Shown piece after piece: positions 45,521 to 52,887 of a DNA stretch of 52,887 nucleotides. Numbering within the stretch: the first letter of the stretch is position 1; each line of letters starts with the position of its first letter. The position numbers were made by a program, and so were the translations under genes. The notes beneath the pieces are model-generated. The model saw nothing but the letters and a program-made list of their open reading frames with translations, did no database searches and was not told the DNA's origin. This DNA comes from an uncultured Bacteroidales bacterium (GTDB taxonomy: Bacteria; Bacteroidota; Bacteroidia; Bacteroidales; UBA10428), in assembly GCA_964569585.1 (NCBI GenBank), contig CAZMVE010000007.1:1-52887 (forward strand), in the 5' to 3' direction.

Positions 45521-48037
45521 ATGGCTGAAGGAGAAAGGATTTTAAAAATCAATATCGAGGAAGAAATGAAATCAGCCTACATCGACTATTCGATGTCGGT
45601 TATAGTTTCGAGGGCATTGCCTGATGTGAGAGATGGCTTAAAACCGGTTCATCGAAGGGTTCTGTATGGTATGTCCGAATTGGGAGTTATGTCGAATCGT
45701 CCCTTTAAAAAATCGGCAAGAATAGTAGGAGAGGTGCTGGGTAAATATCATCCGCATGGCGATAGCTCGGTGTATGATGCTATGGTACGCATGGCACAGA
45801 ACTGGTCCTTGCGTTATCCGCTGGTAGACGGACAGGGTAATTTTGGTTCTATGGACGGCGATAGTCCCGCCGCTATGCGGTACACAGAAGCCCGGCTGCA
45901 GAAAATTGCTGAGGAAACACTTGCCGATATTGACAAAAACACAGTTGATTTTCAGCTCAATTTCGACGATACACTGGAAGAGCCTTCTGTATTGCCTACA
46001 CGAATTCCAAATTTGCTGGTAAACGGCGCATCGGGAATTGCAGTGGGCATGGCCACCAATATGGCTCCTCATAATCTGCGGGAAGTATGCGATGCCATTA
46101 TTTCTTATATCGATAACCATGAGGTTACCATAGAGGATCTCATGCTACATATAAAAGCCCCCGATTTTCCTACAGGCGGTATCATTTATGGATTTACAGG
46201 TGTTAAGGAAGCTTATGAAACGGGAAGGGGCAGGATTGTCATCAGGGCAAAGACCGAGATAGAAATAACATCGTCGGGCCGTGAATGCATCGTAATCACA
46301 GAAATTCCTTATCAGGTGAACAAAGCGGAAATGATCCGCAAGATTGCCGAAATGATTAACGAGAAAAGACTGGAAGGAATTTCTTATATCAACGATGAGT
46401 CGGACCGCAATGGTTTGCGGGTTGTGATAATACTTAAAAAAGAGGCACAATCGGGGGTTGTATTAAACAAATTGTTCAAACTTTCGCAGTTACAGACCAG
46501 CTTTAACGTTAATAATATTGCACTGGTTAAAGGACGCCCCCGCATGCTCAATTTATTGCAGCTTGTCAGGTATTTTGTAGAACATCGGCACGAAGTGGTG
46601 ATAAGGCGTACCGAGTATGACCTGGATCAGTCGGAAAAGAAAGCGCATATACTGGAAGGTTTGATTATTGCCGTAGATAATATCGATGCTGTTATTAAAC
46701 TGATACGTTCCTCCAAGACACCCGATGAAGCCCGCGACGGTCTGATGGCGAATTTTCAGCTTTCAGAGCTTCAGGCAAAGGCTATTTTGGAAATGCGACT
46801 TCAACGGCTTACCGGTCTGGAAATCGAGAAGCTGAAGATCGAGTACAGTGAATTGATGAAACATATTGCCTGGCTGAAGGAAATACTGGATAGCGAGGAA
46901 ATCCGGATGAAGATCATTAAGGATGAGTTAATTGAAGTTAAGGAAAAATTTGGTGACGAAAGACGCACCGAGATTGTTCCCAACGCTGAAGAATTCAATC
47001 CTGAAGATTTCTATGCCGATGATGATATGCTTATCACAATTTCCCACCTGGGTTATATGAAGCGCACACCTCTCAGTGATTTCCGTATACAAAACAGGGG
47101 TGGTATTGGCAGCCGCGGAAGCGATACACGCGACGAGGATTTCCTCGAGCATATGTTTCATGCTACCATGCATAATACCATGCTGTTTTTTACTGAAAAT
47201 GGTAAGTGCTTCTGGCTCAAGGTATATGCTATACCTGAAGGAACCCGTACTTCAAAGGGAAGGGCCATTCAGAATCTCATTCACATTGAGAGCGAAGATA
47301 AAGTTAAAGCTTTCATTAACGTTAAGAATTTCTCTGATACTGAGTATCTTAAAGATAAATATATTGTTATGGCCACGAAGTTCGGGGTCATTAAAAAAAC
47401 GGCCCTGGAAGCCTACAGCAGGCCCCGGCAAAATGGGATCATTGCCATAGGAGTGAGGGATGGCGATAGTCTGATCCAGGCCCGACTTACAACTGGTAAT
47501 ATGCATCTGATTTTGGCTCTGAGGTCGGGAAAGGCTATACGCTTCCCTGAAAGTACCGTTCGTAATATGGGACGCACTGCTACCGGTGTGCGTGGAATCA
47601 GACTAAAGGATGCGAAAGATGCAGTGATTGGAATGGTCATTGCTGATTCGGATAATGAAGATACTACTTTACTGGTAGTCTCTGAAAAGGGCTTCGGAAA
47701 ACGTACCTATCTGGAGGATTACCGCATTACAAACCGCGGGGGCAAGGGAGTTAAAACTATTAATATTACCGAAAAAACAGGTGCTTTGATCAGTATTAAA
47801 TCAGTATCGGACCAGGATGACCTGATGATCATCAACCGCTCGGGAATTACCATACGACTTGCAGTACAGAGCGTACGAATAGCCGGCAGGGCCACACAGG
47901 GTGTGAAATTAATCAACCTGCGTGAGAACGATACGATTGCTGCAGTAGCAAGTGTTCTGAAAAATGATGAAGATGAGGAGGAGGATATACAGGGAATAGA
48001 AGCTATACCTCCCGATACCCCGGAGAATAATGACTAA
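45521..48037 (+). CDS. gyrA: DNA gyrase subunit A
   Basis: [21 protein letters not shown], active-site [10 protein letters not shown], a GyrA-box-like RGGIGSRG, a C-terminal beta-pinwheel repeat region and an acidic tail. Confidence 0.95.
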   Translation: MAEGERILKINIEEEMKSAYIDYSMSVIVSRALPDVRDGLKPVHRRVLYGMSELGVMSNRPFKKSARIVGEVLGKYHPHGDSSVYDAMVRMAQNWSLRYPLVDGQGNFGSMDGDSPAAMRYTEARLQKIAEETLADIDKNTVDFQLNFDDTLEEPSVLPTRIPNLLVNGASGIAVGMATNMAPHNLREVCDAIISYIDNHEVTIEDLMLHIKAPDFPTGGIIYGFTGVKEAYETGRGRIVIRAKTEIEITSSGRECIVITEIPYQVNKAEMIRKIAEMINEKRLEGISYINDESDRNGLRVVIILKKEAQSGVVLNKLFKLSQLQTSFNVNNIALVKGRPRMLNLLQLVRYFVEHRHEVVIRRTEYDLDQSEKKAHILEGLIIAVDNIDAVIKLIRSSKTPDEARDGLMANFQLSELQAKAILEMRLQRLTGLEIEKLKIEYSELMKHIAWLKEILDSEEIRMKIIKDELIEVKEKFGDERRTEIVPNAEEFNPEDFYADDDMLITISHLGYMKRTPLSDFRIQNRGGIGSRGSDTRDEDFLEHMFHATMHNTMLFFTENGKCFWLKVYAIPEGTRTSKGRAIQNLIHIESEDKVKAFINVKNFSDTEYLKDKYIVMATKFGVIKKTALEAYSRPRQNGIIAIGVRDGDSLIQARLTTGNMHLILALRSGKAIRFPESTVRNMGRTATGVRGIRLKDAKDAVIGMVIADSDNEDTTLLVVSEKGFGKRTYLEDYRITNRGGKGVKTINITEKTGALISIKSVSDQDDLMIINRSGITIRLAVQSVRIAGRATQGVKLINLRENDTIAAVASVLKNDEDEEEDIQGIEAIPPDTPENND

Positions 48038-48159
48038 GCATAGTATAATATTATGGAATAACCACGTTATACTATTTATAATAATGGATTTATTAAATTT
48101 GCCCTGCTGCTGGGTGCGGCAGTCTATTAAATTTACTGTTAAATGAATTCTAAAACACT

Positions 48160-49503
48160 ATGAAAATGAATAGATTATTGTTTTTTCTTACACTTATTTT
48201 TTTAATCCCTGCCCAGGGGATTGATGCACAAGCCGATATGGCAACAGGTACACCTGAATCTAACTTTTCGATTTATAAAAACAAGCTCAAGAAGAGCGAA
48301 GAAGGTCTGGCTGATGAGAAAAAGTCGTCCAGTGCCAAATTCTGGATTTCGCGTGCCGAACTGATGATGGATATATTTAATCTGCATCGTCAGTTTCTTC
48401 AGCCGGGTACACAGCAGATCCACGTAAATCTTATTTATCCTAATCCGGATGATAAAAAGACCTGGCAGGATGATGAAGGCAATCAATTTGAGGAACTGAT
48501 CTACGACAAGCTGAAGATTAAATTGAAAAACGGTGTAGTTGAAAATTTCGAAGAGCTGGAAGTATTATATGATAATCCACTTCACGAAGCTTTACGATCG
48601 CTTGAAATGGCCCAGAAAATTGATACTATTGGCAAATTAAGTAAGAAGATCAAGGAGGACTACACCAAGCTTACGCTGCATTTTGAAAGACTGGGAATTG
48701 AAGAATACTACCTGCCTGATTTCGCCGCATCTCATAAGTCATTTTCATCTATCGGGATTATCAACGAAAAGCCAGTGATGGAAGGTATTGTGGACACTAC
48801 ATTGCTTTTTTATGCAGGAATGGCAGCCTACCGGGCCGAAATGAACAACGAAGCTATTGAATATTTTGAAAAGGCCGCCAAATACAACTATCCTGAGCCG
48901 GAATTGTATATATACCTGAAAATTAAATACCTGGAGGTTGGAGATACTGCAAGTGGAATCAGAGCCCTTGAGAGAGGTTTTAAGTTGTTTCCCTCGAATC
49001 AGATGGTGCTTCGGGAGCTTATTAACTATTATCTTTTATCGGGCATGGCGGAAGAAGCCATGGAGTACCTGAAACTGGCACAAGAAGAAGATCCTAAAAA
49101 TTTGTCCTATATATCGGCTGAAGGATCGCTGTACGATAAAATGGGAGACCAGGAGAAGGCACTGACAACCTATCAGAAGTGTATTGATATGGATACGACC
49201 TTTTTCGATGCCTATTATAATATAGGGGTGATTTATTACAACCGTGCTTACCAGATGTATAAGGACGCCGAGAGTATACGTATAGCCAGGGATTATGGTG
49301 TTGCTGTCGATGCAGCCGATGTAGTGCTGGCAAAATCACTGCCTTATATGGAAAAGGCACATCAGATCGATCCCAAGGAAAGGCAGACCATTGAAACCCT
49401 TAAAACTTTGTATTATCGTATGCAGATGAATGATAAGTACGAAGAAATGAAAGCGAAACTGGAAGCATTGCCGCCACCAACCGAAGCGGGCGGGGTTAAA
49501 TAA
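48160..49503 (+). CDS. TPR-repeat protein with signal peptide
   Basis: Signal MKMNRLLFFLTLIFLIPAQGIDAQ. TPR-like units include AIEYFEKAAKYN, AMEYLKLAQEEDP and ALTTYQKCIDMD. Confidence 0.7.
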   Translation: MKMNRLLFFLTLIFLIPAQGIDAQADMATGTPESNFSIYKNKLKKSEEGLADEKKSSSAKFWISRAELMMDIFNLHRQFLQPGTQQIHVNLIYPNPDDKKTWQDDEGNQFEELIYDKLKIKLKNGVVENFEELEVLYDNPLHEALRSLEMAQKIDTIGKLSKKIKEDYTKLTLHFERLGIEEYYLPDFAASHKSFSSIGIINEKPVMEGIVDTTLLFYAGMAAYRAEMNNEAIEYFEKAAKYNYPEPELYIYLKIKYLEVGDTASGIRALERGFKLFPSNQMVLRELINYYLLSGMAEEAMEYLKLAQEEDPKNLSYISAEGSLYDKMGDQEKALTTYQKCIDMDTTFFDAYYNIGVIYYNRAYQMYKDAESIRIARDYGVAVDAADVVLAKSLPYMEKAHQIDPKERQTIETLKTLYYRMQMNDKYEEMKAKLEALPPPTEAGGVK

Positions 49504-49527
49504 AGGAATTTTAAAAAACACAAATAG

Positions 49528-49554
49528 GAAGGGAGATTATAAACGTCTCCTTTC
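49528..49554 (+). terminator. Probable terminator of the TPR gene
   Basis: GAAGGGAGA (49528-49536) pairs with TCTCCTTTC (49546-49554), a 9-bp stem with one G-U pair and a 9-nt loop, followed by a T-rich tail. Confidence 0.5.
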
Positions 49555-49559
49555 TCTTA

Positions 49560-50591
49560 ACATTTTCAATTTAACATAATATTAATTATACGACAACCGC
49601 AGAGAAATTGCGTTTCCCGTTTTATGAGGAAACTTTCGTATAGCTTTGCTATTTAACATAGAATCAGTACTAAGACTTCAGTTTTAGTACGGTAATGATT
49701 TTATGTTAAAGAAAGTTTCCACAGCTGTTAGTTTGATAATGGCAGTATTACCCAAGCTGTTTTTCATATGTTAAAGCAATTTCTCGGTGTTATTTGCATA
49801 CTGCCCTATAATATATCCGTAAAATTGATTTCTCGTCCCAGAAGCAATTTCTCCTCAGCGCTCAGAAAAAACCCAAGTGGTCAAGTATAATGGATATTAT
49901 ATTAAATAGAGCTTCACGTAGCCAGGATTAAACGCTCGTTTAAAACCATACAATCTCATTGAAAACCTCATAAAACGCCGTAGCGTTAATCATTTGTCGC
50001 ATAATTAGCACTATATTAAGTAGCCGCACGGCCTGCTCCAAAGCGCAAAAAATAAAATTTGTGAAGAATGTACAAATTTTATTTGTTTATCACTTCCACA
50101 GCCTCAACGCCGGCCGCACAGCTATAAGACAATAATGCCCACCGCGCTGTTTAAGTTCTATATAGCTTAAACGCTTATAAATGAGATATTTGACCTCTTA
50201 ACCGCAAGAGTATACGCATATTCGCTCCTTACCTCGCTCAGTTTGCTATACACATGCTATCATTCCGGTATTCCCCTACCGTATTGAGAAACACCAATTT
50301 CTATTTAACATAATAATATTATAATGGATTATACTTTTCCTTCAAATTCTTTCATGCCCTCGTGCCGGGCGGCATTTCTTTTGTCTTGAAACAAAAGAAA
50401 CGAAAATTCAAGAAGAAATAATGCTTCAGCCCGCCCTGTGCAATAGCAACAAAAATCGCACAACGAAAATGCGAGGCACCTTGTGGATTTTTCTAGCCAT
50501 TGCCCATTCCCGCTGGCTCTGGCCCGCTATTTCTTCTGGCCTGCGCACTGGAACCAAATTCAGCATTAATATCTATTTCACAGCTATAATA
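49560..50591. other. ORF-free, repeat- and hairpin-rich region of unknown nature (ncRNA, element remnant or recombination sites)
   Basis: It occupies most of the 1,088-bp gap between the convergent stops at 49503 and 50592. The only track ORF here (50421-50675, +) looks like a chance ORF and runs into the antisense of the 140-aa gene. Multiple exact short repeats and stems were read directly; see findings. Confidence 0.4.
49628..49720. repeat. 93-nt imperfect inverted repeat (bulged hairpin)
   Basis: GGAAACTTTC (49628-49637) pairs with GAAAGTTTCC (49711-49720). TTTAACATA (49652-49660) pairs with TATGTTAAA (49702-49710). AATCA pairs with TGATT. GTACTAA (49667-49673) pairs with TTAGTAC (49684-49690). 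Confidence 0.7.
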
Positions 50592-51014
50592 TTAAGGGAC
50601 ATTAACGGACCCCCCAGGTACAGTACCGGTGCTAGGTACATTTTTATTATGCCTGGATTTGATAATTCTACCTGAAGATAAACGTACCCTACCTTTGTTA
50701 TATGGATTTCTTTTTATACTAACCGGTAGATCTTCAAATTTATACCATATCTCCCAAGTTTCATCTGCTTTTAATCTTCTAGGTAATGGTCTATCATTAT
50801 GGATTACACCTATTTGCCCTGTATGCTTTCTAAAATAGACATGGGTTACTTCAATCTCTCTTTCATTCGAAAGATTTGTAACATTAAGAAATAGATATTT
50901 GTCTTTTATTCCTGAAAAAAAGCCACTATGAACTGTAAAACGAATTTTTCTTCTGTTCTCAATATATTTCCAAAAAAAGCCTATTAGCGAATTTAAAATA
51001 TCAGTAGGATTCAT
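50592..51014 (-). CDS. Hypothetical 140-aa protein, third gene of the OLD-nuclease operon
   Basis: ATG start 39 nt after the upstream stop. It has a hydrophobic N-terminus ILNSLIGFFWKYI and a beta-strand-rich body. I recognise no family motif. Confidence 0.6.
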   Translation of the reverse strand: MNPTDILNSLIGFFWKYIENRRKIRFTVHSGFFSGIKDKYLFLNVTNLSNEREIEVTHVYFRKHTGQIGVIHNDRPLPRRLKADETWEIWYKFEDLPVSIKRNPYNKGRVRLSSGRIIKSRHNKNVPSTGTVPGGSVNVP

Positions 51015-51053
51015 CTTTTTCGATTTTGTTTATAGATAAATGTTTATTTAGAA

Positions 51054-51464
51054 TTAATCGCTTTTCTGATCTTTCTTGTTTTCTTCTTGTTCATTTTTGA
51101 TAATATCGTATAGAGGATTTGCTGTTATTGGTTTTGAGTTTTCAGATATGGATTTCTTGTTTGAAATCTTTCCAGCATCTTTATTCAATGATTCAACAAT
51201 AGTACTATCTTCATATATTAAGCTTATAACTAGATATTTAGATCTTGTTTTGAAAGAGAAAAATTGTGGATGTTGATCAGGTTTGTGAGCAGTTTGACCA
51301 GCAATATTCTCAATATCACTATCCACAACGGTAGTGATTGAATGATTCACATAGGTATAATTTTCGTTCTTCAGAAATTTTGAAATCTCAGATACAGCAG
51401 AATTATTTTGATTTATTCTACCTGATTCTCCTATTTTAATTAAAAACAATTTATGCTTGATCAT
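51054..51464 (-). CDS. Hypothetical 136-aa protein, second gene of the OLD-nuclease operon
   Basis: ATG start 7 nt after the OLD-like stop. The C-terminal third is acidic and Lys-rich. I recognise no family motif. Confidence 0.6.
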   Translation of the reverse strand: MIKHKLFLIKIGESGRINQNNSAVSEISKFLKNENYTYVNHSITTVVDSDIENIAGQTAHKPDQHPQFFSFKTRSKYLVISLIYEDSTIVESLNKDAGKISNKKSISENSKPITANPLYDIIKNEQEENKKDQKSD

Positions 51465-51471
51465 GTCTAAT

Positions 51472-52887
51472 TCAATTGAGTAGTTTATTAGTTTTATTGC
51501 TAATTAGATTGAAAAGTTTTTCTACATATTTTAGTGCTTCCCTCCTGTCCTTTTCATTTAGACCAAAAATATCATCAAGAAGATATCTCATAATACCAAC
51601 CTTATTTATTGTTTCTTTCCTATTCTTAGGCTCTTCACCAGAGTATAAATGTTTCAAGTAATGTTCTCTCAGTAAATCAACAATTGGAGTTTTAATCTCC
51701 TTTACACTCTCTAGTTTAATATCCTTAAATGAAGTCTTAAAGTCAATAACAGATGACATTTCATGATAAAACTTATTATATGCATTAATATATAGCTGTT
51801 GGGGAAAAAGATCCTCAAATACTCTATTTGCATTGTTATTAAAAGCGTCATTAATTGTTACTTCTTCCCAATTACTGGTATTGAGAATTTCTGAAACCTT
51901 CTCGTTTTTTCGAATAACTCTTGAAATATCATCCGAATCAAAAAGCACAATTCCTTTTAGATTTAAAGAATTAATATATCGTATCGCGGATTTAATTTCT
52001 GTTGTTCCTTCAGCACTAAATATGTTCATCCATTCAAGGAATGGAAACTTGTTTTTTTCGAGAGAGAAATAATTAAACAACCTTGGTAAGGCATACTTCT
52101 CAGTTGATCCATCTACAATGATATTTATATCACCAACAAGAAATGAATCATTTAAAAAAACCCCAAGTTCCTTTCGAAGAACTTCAAAGTTATTTCTATA
52201 AACCTTATTTTGAATATACGTACCTAAATTGGAATTATCCTTTCTAATATAAAGTATACTGTCAATATCATCTCTTATGACTAAGAAAAGATTGTGGGTG
52301 GTATATAGAATTTGACTGCTACTATTTGTTATGGAACGAAAAGTTTTTAATAGATCCCGTGCTCCTTTTGGATGTAGATTCGAGCCTGGTTCATCAAGTA
52401 AAAAGATTTGATTCCTATTGTTTTTTCTGGTGAGAAAGTGTTTATTTACGATAAAGGCAAAGAAATATTGAAATCCGGGGCTTCTTTCACTTAGTTCAAA
52501 AAATTCATCATCTCGTCCAGGGATTTTCTCTTGAACAAGAATACTCACTTTATTATCGTTATAGGATATTTTGAAGGATAGATTGGAATCTTGTAAATAA
52601 TATTTTTTAAATAATTGACTAATTTGTAATGAATATTTCTCTGTAGCTTGGAATACTTTTTTAGATTTAAAAATATCATAATCCGTGCATTTGGCCAAAG
52701 TCAATAATCGACGCATTGATTCATGGTCTTTCTTACTACCCTTTAAATCATCAATTGTTGCAGGCTCGAGGCTTAATTCATCATTTGAGTAAAACTCAAT
52801 TTCTGGAAGCAGTCTATTTGATACATCCTGTAATAATTTATTATACTGCCTTTTATCTTTCAATTGTTCCTTAAGTTTTACTGCATT
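51472..52887 (-). CDS. OLD-family nuclease (ABC-type ATPase + TOPRIM), N-terminally truncated by the window edge
   Basis: ABC-signature-like LSERSPGFQ, Walker B IFLLDEP (52387-52407) and H-loop YTTH. The TOPRIM segment has IIVDGSTEKY (52093-52122) and VLFDSDD (51928-51948). The frame stays open from the TTG at 52863 to base 52887 (NAVKLKEQ), and no Walker A is visible, so the 5' end lies outside the window. Confidence 0.75.
   Translation of the reverse strand, partial: NAVKLKEQLKDKRQYNKLLQDVSNRLLPEIEFYSNDELSLEPATIDDLKGSKKDHESMRRLLTLAKCTDYDIFKSKKVFQATEKYSLQISQLFKKYYLQDSNLSFKISYNDNKVSILVQEKIPGRDDEFFELSERSPGFQYFFAFIVNKHFLTRKNNRNQIFLLDEPGSNLHPKGARDLLKTFRSITNSSSQILYTTHNLFLVIRDDIDSILYIRKDNSNLGTYIQNKVYRNNFEVLRKELGVFLNDSFLVGDINIIVDGSTEKYALPRLFNYFSLEKNKFPFLEWMNIFSAEGTTEIKSAIRYINSLNLKGIVLFDSDDISRVIRKNEKVSEILNTSNWEEVTINDAFNNNANRVFEDLFPQQLYINAYNKFYHEMSSVIDFKTSFKDIKLESVKEIKTPIVDLLREHYLKHLYSGEEPKNRKETINKVGIMRYLLDDIFGLNEKDRREALKYVEKLFNLISNKTNKLLN

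Noticed and set aside
44067-46120. Several long antisense ORFs inside clpC (for example 44067-44525, 44434-44796, 44643-44963) and gyrA (45638-46120, 46145-46450)
   Set aside because: All are embedded opposite highly conserved, motif-verified genes in the GC-richer part of the window, where shadow ORFs are common. None has a motif or signal of its own.
50426-50566. 46-aa minus-strand ORF (MLNLVPVRRPEEIAGQSQREWAMARKIHKVPRIFVVRFLLLLHRAG) 25 nt downstream of the 140-aa gene, a possible fourth operon gene or small membrane toxin
   Set aside because: It is below any reliable length threshold. It is GC-rich, unlike the AT-rich operon it would belong to, and has no ribosome-binding signal or recognisable motif. 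I keep it only as something to test by ribosome profiling.
49504-50591. tRNA, tmRNA or RNase P RNA as an island integration target in the long gap
   Set aside because: I looked on both strands for T-loop-type GGTTCGAnTCC boxes, a tmRNA 3' end or tag reading frame, and the RNase P GAGGAAAGTCC box, and found none. A tRNAscan/ARAGORN/Infernal run would confirm this.
1-52887. CRISPR arrays, transposases, integrases, prophage genes, rRNA operons
   Set aside because: I saw no regularly spaced direct repeats and no ORF with DDE, tyrosine- or serine-recombinase or phage structural motifs in the six-frame track. No rRNA-like sequence blocks are present. The only mobile-element hints are indirect (composition and the 13-bp direct repeats near 49.6/50.3 kb).

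Overview
Low-GC window, almost certainly a Bacteroidota chromosome or contig. It holds four proteins with type-A T9SS C-terminal sorting domains, one type-B (gliding-motility) CTD protein beside a PorP/SprF gene, a CarboxypepD_reg-type TonB-dependent receptor with a DUF4249-like partner, WG-repeat proteins and an SprB/FISUMP lipoprotein. The anaerobe-type Fe-S gene content suggests an anaerobic lifestyle. Most of the window is ordinary: corA, crcB plus DUF190, def, RNA-modification enzymes (RluA family, TrmH family, SAM methyltransferases), trehalase, clpC divergent from gyrA, and secreted surface proteins or enzymes. I saw no rRNA, tRNA, CRISPR array, transposase or integrase. Three regions deserve a second look. 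(1) 4.5-11.0 kb is a tightly packed cluster with no assigned function: DUF134 regulator, 2x NifX/NifB-like cofactor-binding proteins, 2x DUF5320 Gly/Arg-rich mini-proteins, ZIP permease, DUF89, 2x MinD-type ATPases with double 4Fe-4S ferredoxin inserts, def and a radical SAM enzyme. No nitrogenase genes are present. (2) 49.5-50.6 kb is a 1,088-bp ORF-free gap between convergent genes, far too long for a terminator region. It is full of short motifs repeated in both orientations, a 93-nt bulged hairpin, a 12-bp long-range complementarity and GC-rich patches. (3) 50.6-52.9 kb, directly adjacent, is a very AT-rich three-gene operon running off the window edge. It encodes an OLD-family (ABC-ATPase + TOPRIM) nuclease followed by two small proteins (136 and 140 aa) with no family I recognise. 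I consider (3), possibly together with (2), the best candidate for an undescribed anti-phage or mobile-element system. It is truncated, and every functional statement about it is inference. All family calls rest on motifs I could read in the translations; no searches were run.
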